Shown here piece after piece: positions 57,488 through 64,000 of a DNA stretch of 64,000 bases. Numbering within the stretch: the first letter of the stretch is position 1; every line of letters starts with the position of its first letter. Origin of the DNA: an uncultured Thermoleophilia bacterium. GTDB taxonomy: Bacteria > Actinomycetota > Thermoleophilia > UBA2241. The notes under the pieces are model-generated. The model ran no database searches. It worked only from the letters and a program-made list of their open reading frames with translations, and had not been told where the DNA came from. The stretch covers positions 134,896 to 198,895 of the forward strand of contig CAVQXS010000003.1 in NCBI GenBank assembly GCA_963717965.1, in the 5' to 3' direction. The position numbers and the translations under genes are program-made.

Positions 57488-58441
57488 TCAGATGCTCGAG
57501 GATGCTTCCGTCGCCTCGGGTTCCTCGAAGAGCACCGTCGAGAGATACCGCTCGCCGGTGTCGCAGAGCACGGTCACGACGAGCTTGCCCTGGTTCTCCG
57601 GACGGCTGCCCACCAGGTAGGCGGCGTACACGTTCGCGCCCGCGGAGATGCCGACGAGTATGCCCTCGGAGGCCAGTTCGCGGGCGGCCTCGAACGCCTG
57701 CTCGTTGGTGACCTGCACGACCTCGTCGTACACCTTCGTGTTGAGCACTTTGGGGACGAACCCGGCGCCCATGCCCTGGATCTTGTGCGGGCCGGGATCG
57801 CCGCCGCTGAGCACCGGCGATGCGGTCGGCTCCACCGCGACGATGCGCACGTCGGGCTTGCGCTCCTTGAGCACCTCGCCGACGCCCGTCACCGTGCCGC
57901 CGGTGCCGACACCGGCGACGAAGACGTCGACCGTGCCGTCGGTGTCGTCCCAGACCTCCTCGGCGGTCGTGCGCCGGTGGACCTCCGGGTTGGCCGGGTT
58001 CTCGAACTGCTGAGGCACGAAGGCGCCCGGGACCTGCTTGCTGAGCTCTTCCGCCCGGGCGATCGCGCCCTTCATGCCCTGCGCGCCCGGCGTGAGCACC
58101 AGCTCGGCGCCGTACGCGCGCAGCAGGTTACGGCGCTCCACGCTCATCGTCTCCGGCATCGTGAGCAGCACCTTGTAGCCGCGTCCGGCGGCGACCATCG
58201 CCAGGGCGATGCCCGTGTTGCCGCTCGTCGGCTCGATGATGGTCGTCTTGTCGGGCGAGATGAGCCCGGCCTCCTCGGCGGCATCGATCATGGAGAGCCC
58301 GATCCGGTCCTTGACGCTGCCGCCGGGATTGAACGACTCCAGCTTGCCGACGATGGTCGCGCCGGACCGCTCCGAGATGCCGCGCAACTTCACGAGCGGC
58401 GTACCGCCGATCAGGGCGGTGATGTCGTCTGCGATCTTCAC
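57488..58441 (-). CDS. cysK: Cysteine synthase A (O-acetylserine sulfhydrylase)
   Basis: IGGTPLVKL...[14 protein letters not shown]...[12 protein letters not shown]...[10 protein letters not shown]...GISAGA. Confidence 0.92.
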   Translation of the reverse strand: MKIADDITALIGGTPLVKLRGISERSGATIVGKLESFNPGGSVKDRIGLSMIDAAEEAGLISPDKTTIIEPTSGNTGIALAMVAAGRGYKVLLTMPETMSVERRNLLRAYGAELVLTPGAQGMKGAIARAEELSKQVPGAFVPQQFENPANPEVHRRTTAEEVWDDTDGTVDVFVAGVGTGGTVTGVGEVLKERKPDVRIVAVEPTASPVLSGGDPGPHKIQGMGAGFVPKVLNTKVYDEVVQVTNEQAFEAARELASEGILVGISAGANVYAAYLVGSRPENQGKLVVTVLCDTGERYLSTVLFEEPEATEASSSI

Positions 58442-58465
58442 TTGTCTTCTCCTCTGTCGGGACGG

Positions 58466-58921
58466 TCAGATCTGGTACATGGGGCCGCCGGCGCCCAGCT
58501 GCAGCTCGCGCTCCGCGAGGTCGCCGATGGTGGTGTGGGCGAGCACTCCCTCGTAGGCCGCGCCGGCCGCGCGCCAGACGGCGCCGGAGCCGGCGCGCTC
58601 CTCGAGGCCGCACTCGCCCGGAACGCACTCCTCGATGCCGGGCGGGCCGTCGAGCGCCTCGACGACCTCCAGCACGGTGACCCGATCGGGGGTGCGCGCG
58701 AAGGTGAACCCGCCGCCGGCGCCACGCTGGCTACTCAGCACGCCGGCGCGGCGAAGGCTGGCGAAGAGCTGCCCGAGGAACTCCTCGGGGATAGCGCGCT
58801 CCCGGGCCAGGTCGGCGAGGCGCACCGGGCGTACTTCGCCGCGCGTGCGCAGGTCCAGCTCGACCAGCGCCATGAGGGCGTAGCGACTCTTCGACGATAC
58901 CTTCACCGGGACTCCTCGCAT
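58466..58921 (-). CDS. Rrf2 family transcriptional regulator
   Basis: VKVSSKSRYALMALVELD...VRLADLARERAIPEEFLGQLFASLRRAGVLSSQRGAGGGF, with Cys residues in ...IEECVPGECGLE. Confidence 0.88.
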   Translation of the reverse strand: MRGVPVKVSSKSRYALMALVELDLRTRGEVRPVRLADLARERAIPEEFLGQLFASLRRAGVLSSQRGAGGGFTFARTPDRVTVLEVVEALDGPPGIEECVPGECGLEERAGSGAVWRAAGAAYEGVLAHTTIGDLAERELQLGAGGPMYQI

Positions 58922-58955
58922 GTGGCGGATCGTGGCTCCGCATTGAATCTCCTTA

Positions 58956-58978
58956 TTCCCGATATGTTTTATCGGAAA
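58956..58978. promoter_or_regulatory. Inverted repeat TTCCCGATA-tgttt-TATCGGAAA in the Rrf2 / ThiS-like divergent promoter; candidate Rrf2 operator
   Basis: 8 of 9 positions are symmetric. Sits in the only AT-rich stretch of this intergenic region, 35 nt from the Rrf2 start. Confidence 0.4.
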
Positions 58979-59102
58979 TCATTCTCGACGCACGGCGTCG
59001 TGGCGTCAAGCGAGTCGGCGGCCACCATGCGAGATCGTGATGAGATGGGCGTGTGGCATACTCCCGGTGAAGGCCAAGGTCAGAGCCACGAGGAGAGGGT
59101 CC

Positions 59103-59369
59103 ATGCCCGCGATCACCGTCGGCCTGCCGGCCGCGCTCACGTCACCCGAACCCCCGCGCGACATCGCCTGCGAGGCCGCGACGGTGGGGGAGGCGCTGCT
59201 CGCGGTCGTGGCGCAGGCGCCACGGTACGAGCAGCGCATCTTCTACGGCGACCGCCTGCTGGTCGTCGTCACTCTCAACGGCCGCCACCTGCCGCCGACC
59301 GAGGTCAAGGCCATGAAGCTGGCGACCGGCGACCGGATCGAGGTCATGGCGCCGGTCGCCGGGGGCTGA
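59103..59369 (+). CDS. ThiS/MoaD/CysO-like sulfur-carrier (ubiquitin-fold) protein ending in Gly-Gly
   Basis: 88 aa: MPAITVGLP...VGEALLAVV...VVVTLNGRHL...LATGDRIEVMAPVAGG*. Confidence 0.7.
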   Translation: MPAITVGLPAALTSPEPPRDIACEAATVGEALLAVVAQAPRYEQRIFYGDRLLVVVTLNGRHLPPTEVKAMKLATGDRIEVMAPVAGG

Positions 59370-59473
59370 CCCTCGGAGCGGGCGCCCGACGTCGTCCCTT
59401 CGCTCGCGCCGGCGGCGCGTCACCCCCGGGGCGAGCGGGTACGGTCTTCCTGACGACGAAGGAGGGCCGTTGC

Positions 59474-59962
59474 ATGAGCTTGTGGGCGACACGTGAGGGG
59501 CGCACCGAACTGCTGATGGCGGGGCTGCGCGTCCTGATGGGCGCCATCTTCCTCGCGGTCTGGTCCGACAACCTCATCAAGGGCTACTACTCGGCAAGCG
59601 GCTGGGCCGACTTCGTGCAGCACTACGCCGACACCACGAAGGTCGCGCCCTACGCGTGGGTGCTGGATCACGTGCTCATCCCTCACTCCGCCATCGTGGC
59701 ACCGGCGCAATTCACCATCGAGCTCGTGGTGTTCGGCCTGTTCCTGGTGTTCGGGCTGTTCACCCCGGTGTCGGGGTTGCTGGCCGCCGGCTTCCAGCTC
59801 AACCTGCTCGTCGCGACATCGGGCACCAAGGACTGGCCCGGCACCTACATCATCATGTGCCTGCTGCTGGTCGCCATCGCGCTCTCGCAGTCCGGGCGCA
59901 CGCTCGGCCTGGACGCTCGTTTGGCGCGGCGCGACCCGCACCCGCGGCTGCCGATCTACTGA
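59474..59962 (+). CDS. DoxX/DoxD-like membrane protein
   Basis: 162 aa with four transmembrane segments: LRVLMGAIFLAVWSDNLIKG...ELVVFGLFLVFGLFTP... Confidence 0.7.
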   Translation: MSLWATREGRTELLMAGLRVLMGAIFLAVWSDNLIKGYYSASGWADFVQHYADTTKVAPYAWVLDHVLIPHSAIVAPAQFTIELVVFGLFLVFGLFTPVSGLLAAGFQLNLLVATSGTKDWPGTYIIMCLLLVAIALSQSGRTLGLDARLARRDPHPRLPIY

Positions 59963-60690
59963 CGGCGGAAGCCGAACAACCCCAGGCGCAGGAGACACCA
60001 GCCGATGTCGCGCACCGCGAGCGCCGAGCCGCGCCACGTGCCGGCGATCTTCGAAGCGCCGGCGCGGGAGCGGTAGCGCGTGTCGCGGACGACGATGCGC
60101 GCGCCGAGGAGGCGCGCCTTCACCGCCATCTCGGTCGGGAACGCGTAGGCGCGCTCCTCCAGCCGCAGATCCTCGAGCAGGTCGGTGCGCACCGCCCGAA
60201 ACGGCCCGTCGTCGCTCAGGCGTATGCCGAAGAGGAGCCACAGACTCACGGCGAGGCAGTCGTTCCCCAGCCGCTGGTGCAACGGCATGCGGCCGGTCGC
60301 GGCGCCACGCACGGCGCGGCGCCGCGACCCGACGACGAGGTCGGCGGCGCCGGCGAGGACAGGACCGGCGAGATAGCGCGCCTGCGCCGGGTCGTCGGTC
60401 CCGTCCGCCTCCATGAAGACGACGGCGCGGGCGCCCGCGGCCGCAGCCGCGCGGGCGCCGGTCAGGCACGGGTAGCCGTAGCCGCGGCGCGGCTCGTGCA
60501 GCAGCGTCGCCCCGGCGGCGCGGATGAGCTCCGGGCCGCCGTCGATGGAACCGTTGTCGACGAAGAGCGTGCGCTCGAGCAGGCCGAGGCCCCGGAGCTC
60601 CGCAAGGAGCGCGCGCAGGGCCTCGGCCTCGTCGAGCACGGGCACGACGATGCAGTACGCTGGCGCTGATGACGGTCCTGAAGACTCCAC
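59956..60690 (-). CDS. Family 2 glycosyltransferase
   Basis: GTG start, then YCIVVPVLDEAEAL...LFVDNGSIDGG...VFMEADGTDDP. The 5' end overlaps the divergent gene start at 60669. Confidence 0.75.
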   Translation of the reverse strand: MESSGPSSAPAYCIVVPVLDEAEALRALLAELRGLGLLERTLFVDNGSIDGGPELIRAAGATLLHEPRRGYGYPCLTGARAAAAAGARAVVFMEADGTDDPAQARYLAGPVLAGAADLVVGSRRRAVRGAATGRMPLHQRLGNDCLAVSLWLLFGIRLSDDGPFRAVRTDLLEDLRLEERAYAFPTEMAVKARLLGARIVVRDTRYRSRAGASKIAGTWRGSALAVRDIGWCLLRLGLFGFRRQ

Positions 60691-61961
60691 GCGTGCGCGC
60701 CTACCTCGGGCTGGCCCTCCTCGCCGCAGGGCTCGTCGGCCTGGCCGTGTCCGGCGACCTGCGGGCGCACTCGGCACTGTTCGTCTCATTCTACGTACTG
60801 GCCGGCGCCGGGTTCGCCGTGCTCGCGACGGCGGCGACGAGCCTGCCGCTGCGCGGCGCCATCGTCGCCGCCGTCGTCCTGCGGCTCATCTTCCTGCCGG
60901 CGATGCCCAGCCTGAGCGACGACTACCACCGCTACGTCTGGGACGGGCGCGTGCAGTTGGCCGGCATCAATCCCTACAAGTACCGGCCCTACGAGCACGC
61001 GCTCGACCGCGTCCCCTACGCCGGGCGCGACCTCATCAACCACGATGAGCTCAAGACGATCTACCCGCCGCTGACGCAGGCGGTGTTCGCCGGGGTCGAG
61101 GCTGCGACGCGGGCGCTGGGACTGGACGACGCCGCGACGCCCCGCGCCGATGTCATGCTCTTCAAGCTGGTCTTCGGCGCGTTCGACCTGGCCACGGCCG
61201 CAGCCGTCTGGTTCCTCGCCGCGCGCAAGCTCCGTCTGCAGGCGACGGTGCTCTACCTGCTCTGCCCGGCGGTGATCGTCCAGACCTGGGAGTCGGCGCA
61301 CGCGGAGGCGGCGACGGTCTTCTTCTGCGTGCTCGCCGCCGCCTTACTCCTGCGCCGGCGCGACGGCTGGGCCGGGATCGCGCTCGGCGTCGCCGCCGCC
61401 TTCAAGGTCACGCCGCTGGGGCTGCTCGTGCCCGCCCTGCTCGGGCGGGCGCGCCTCGCCCGGCCGCTTCCTCGCCGGCTTCGTACCGGCCCTCGCCATC
61501 CCCTACGTCCCCTACCTCGTCACCGGCGGCTCATTCGGCTCGTTGTTCCAGAGCGGGACCGGCTGGACGGGCGGTTCTCTGGTCTTCACCCTGCTCGCCC
61601 AGCTCACCTCTCCCCAGCTCGCGCGCTGGCTCGCGCTCGGTCTGTTCATCGGGGGAGCGGTCTGGATCGCCGGCAGCTTCCGTGGCCGCGAGAACACCGC
61701 CGAGGCCTTCGCCTGGACGTTCACCCTGCTGTCCTGTGTCTGCCCGTGGTCCACGCCTGGTACTGGCTCTCGCCGCTGGCCCTGGGGCTCGCCGCAGGCA
61801 TCTGGCTGCCGCTGCTCGTCGGGATGGTGGCGCCACTTGTCGAGTCCTTGCCGCTCGCCGCCTGGCTGGCCCGCGCGCGGCACCTGACCGTGACCGGCGG
61901 CGCCGTGAGAGCCGAGGTCGTGTTGTCGCTTCACCGCACGCTCGGCATACTGAGACGATGA
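60669..61961 (+). CDS. Polytopic membrane glycosyltransferase-like protein (DUF2029 / GT-C-like), with two apparent frameshifts near 61445 and 61740
   Basis: LSDDYHRYVWDGRVQLAGINPYKYRP...IYPPLTQ..., then many transmembrane segments. The middle section GRFLAGFVPALAIPYVPYLVTGGSFGSLFQSGTGW...AWTFTLL reads in another frame. Confidence 0.65.
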   Translation: MTVLKTPRVRAYLGLALLAAGLVGLAVSGDLRAHSALFVSFYVLAGAGFAVLATAATSLPLRGAIVAAVVLRLIFLPAMPSLSDDYHRYVWDGRVQLAGINPYKYRPYEHALDRVPYAGRDLINHDELKTIYPPLTQAVFAGVEAATRALGLDDAATPRADVMLFKLVFGAFDLATAAAVWFLAARKLRLQATVLYLLCPAVIVQTWESAHAEAATVFFCVLAAALLLRRRDGWAGIALGVAAAFKVTPLGLLVPALLGRARLARPLPRRLRTGPRHPLRPLPRHRRLIRLVVPERDRLDGRFSGLHPARPAHLSPARALARARSVHRGSGLDRRQLPWPREHRRGLRLDVHPAVLCLPVVHAWYWLSPLALGLAAGIWLPLLVGMVAPLVESLPLAAWLARARHLTVTGGAVRAEVVLSLHRTLGILRR

Positions 61962-61979
61962 CCGAGGCGGACCGCCCGA

Positions 61980-63837
61980 ATGAGCAAGCGGACGATCGTG
62001 GTGATGGCGCGGCCGCTGGTTCGCGGCGCGGCCAAGTCCCGCCTTACGCGAGCGCTCGGCGACGACGGCGCTCTCGGCGTGTACGAGCGCCTGCTGCGAG
62101 AGACGCTGGACAGCGCCGAGCGCGTGCCGGACGCGGCGCTGGTCCTGGCGGAGACGCGGCCGCCGCCGGGCCGGCGGGCGAAGCCTCTGCGGCCCTCACC
62201 GGCGGCGGCCAAGCCGCCGTCCTCGACGCGCTCTCCGGCCGCGACGCTCGCTGGTCCAGGCTGGAGCAACGCGGTGAGGGTCTCGGACGGCGGCTCGCCA
62301 GCGTCTTCAGCGATCTCTTCGCCGCCGGCGCCGGCGCCGTGGTCATCGTGAACAGTGATAGCCCCGCACTCCCTTCCGAGTACCTGGAGCAGGCGTTCGC
62401 GGAGCTCGCCCCCGGCCGGATCGTCCTCGGTCCGGCGGCCGACGGCGGCTACTACCTCGTCGGCGCCGGCAGGGAGACCTGGGATGCCGGTGCCCGCCAT
62501 CACGGAGCTGCTCACCGCGTCACCGATGAGCAGCGCGCGGCTCCTGGACCACACGCTGCGCACGGCGCAGGCCGCTGGCCTGCAGGTCGCGCAGCTCCCG
62601 CTCTGGGTGGACGTCGACGAGCCGGCCGACCTCGGCATGCTGGACCGCCTCACCGGCGCGGCGCCGCTGCGCGGCGAGCCGGCCGCAGGCCTGCGCGAGG
62701 TGTACCTGCACGTCACCCACCGCTGCGGCCGCGCCTGCCTGCACTGCTACGATGCAGACGCGTCCGCCGTCGACGAACTGACCACCGGCGAGTGGCGCGA
62801 CGCGATCGACCAGTGCGTCGCCCTCGGCGCGGGCAGCTTCGTGTTCATCGGCGGAGACCCGCTGGTCCGGGACGACTTCGCGGACCTCGTCGACTACATC
62901 ACCGGCGTTCACGAAGCCAAGGCGCGGTTCTTCTTCAACAGCCTGATCGGCGAAGAGCTGGCCGGCCAGCTGAGCCGGGTCGGCAGAGGCCTGCTGACGC
63001 CGCTCGTGAGCATCGACGGGCCGCCCGCGGTCAACGACGCCCTGCGCGGCGCGGGGAGCTATGACGACGTGATGACCTCGGTGGCGAACCTGCTGGAGGT
63101 CGGTCTCGAGCCGGTCGCCAACACGGTGCTCGTGCGGCCGGCCTTGCCCGGTCTCACGCAGCTCGCGCGCGAGCTGCGTGCCGCCGGGGTCCGCCGGCTC
63201 CACCTGATCCTGCCGCACCAGCGGGGGATGGGCGGCGACGGACCCGCAGACGGCGACGTCGACAAGCTGGTGCCGTCCGGCGAAGAGCTGCTGGCCGCCG
63301 TGCGCGAGCTACTGGCGGTCGCCGGCGAGATCGGCCTCACCGTCGACAACCTGTCCAGCTGGCGACGGCGGATCGGCAAGCGGAACGACCTGTGCGCGGC
63401 GGGATGTCGTGACGTCTCGATCGACCCAGCCGGCCACGTGCACGCCTGCGTCATCACGGCCGGCGACCCAGCGTTCGTCGCCGGCTCGCTGCGCGAGCAG
63501 CCCGCTCGCGCGAGATCTGGCGCGAGTCGAGCAGCCTGCGGCTGCTGCGCGCGGCTCGCGCCCGCGACCGGGCCGAGTGCCTCGCCTGCCCGGTCGCCGA
63601 CGCCTGCGGCGGCGAGTGCTGGGTGCAGGCGCACTACGCTGCCCGCGCCCGCGGGGAGCGCGCCGGCTACGCCGCGCCCTTCCCGTACTGCGACCTCGTG
63701 CGGCCGCTGCTCGAGGAGCTCGTCGGCGGAGGGCGGAGGCCGCCGCGCCGGCCGCCGGCGACTGCGTCGCCGCCGGCGCCTGCGGCGGCCAGTCCGCCGC
63801 CGGCAGCGAGGACTACTCGCTCTTCGACTGCATATGA
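61980..63837 (+). CDS. DUF2064 (GT-A-like nucleotidyl/glycosyl-transferase fold) fused in frame to a radical SAM / SPASM-type enzyme; about 4 apparent frameshifts near 62170, 62480, 63500 and 63735
   Basis: MSKRTIVVMARPLVRGAAKSRLT... | ...LEQRGEGLGRRLASVF...VIVNSDSPALP...LGPAADGGYYLVG | ...LPLWVDVDEPADL...LHVTHRCGRACLHCY (CX3CX2C at 62724..62747)...FIGGDPL...CAAGCRDVSIDPAGHVHAC | ...ECLACPVADACGGEC... | ...GDCVAAGACGG...SLFDCI*. The DUF2064 C-terminus and the radical SAM core share one uninterrupted ORF (62355..63860 frame). Confidence 0.6.
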
Positions 63838-64000
63838 GGGTACTGACGGCGCGGGCGTGACCCGCGCGACGATTCGCTCTCATGACGGAGGTGTCGTCGT
63901 GACGCACCCCGAGGCCCGCCGCTCACGGGTCCCGCGCTGCCCGCCGGCATCATCGTCGCCTTCGGCAGGGTCGACGATGTTGCCGTCCTGCGCTCGCTGC

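Noticed and set aside
763-63837. Programmed ribosomal frameshifting as the explanation for the split genes.
   Set aside because: The shifts occur in many unrelated housekeeping genes, in both directions, mostly in short G/C runs. I could see no shared slippery heptamer or downstream stimulatory structure. Indel error or decay is far more parsimonious.
63745-63837. A possible RiPP precursor peptide (...GDCVAAGACGGQSAAGSEDYSLFDCI*) downstream of the radical SAM/SPASM core.
   Set aside because: Codon third-position GC shows that this frame is coding. It has no ATG/GTG/TTG start or RBS, however, and it overlaps the SPASM region. It is best read as the enzyme's own C-terminus after another frameshift near 63735.
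63899-64000. The start of another gene at the window end: a GTG behind GGAGGTG, and the translation ...PAGIIVAFGRVDDVAVLRSL in a neighbouring frame.
   Set aside because: It is too short and split between two frames to assign a start, frame or product with any confidence.

Overview
Very GC-rich bacterial chromosomal window (GC judged by eye, not computed). I saw no rRNA, tRNA, CRISPR array or intact prophage. About 65 protein genes can be supported.

Main blocks:
(i) 1-7.7 kb: small-enzyme genes next to a decayed transposase remnant.
(ii) 7.7-12.65 kb: a minus-strand cobalamin nucleotide-loop operon, cobU-cobT-cobS-cobC-cbiB, behind a clear cobalamin riboswitch.
(iii) 12.8-21.3 kb: a redox island. 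It holds a Tat-like DUF362 protein, a membrane polyferredoxin and a Crp/Fnr regulator, then a ferredoxin plus the Ni-CO dehydrogenase CooS. Both operons are preceded by FNR-type TTGAC-N4-GTCAA-like boxes.
(iv) 21.9-38.3 kb: secreted peptidases (C1, S55, S9, HtrA), RecQ, RlmKL, and an amidase / Ntn-hydrolase / radical-SAM / CoA-binding operon.
(v) hemE-hemH-hemY.
(vi) 43.3-52.9 kb: a seven-gene heterodisulfide-reductase-like cluster with two different HdrA paralogues. One carries an embedded GltD/NfnB-like NAD(P)H module and one is fused to MvhD. It lacks the partner genes of the Hdr contexts I know, and it is my best candidate for an undescribed system.
(vii) nadA, an aminotransferase, and cysK-Rrf2 facing a ThiS/MoaD-like GG carrier.
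(viii) A GT2 / GT-C-like / DUF2064::radical-SAM-SPASM cluster.

Roughly two dozen single-base frameshifts (hand count) interrupt otherwise well conserved genes, and they are unevenly distributed. Many long Arg/Ala/Gly-rich ORFs in the supplied track are antisense shadow ORFs and are not reported as genes.
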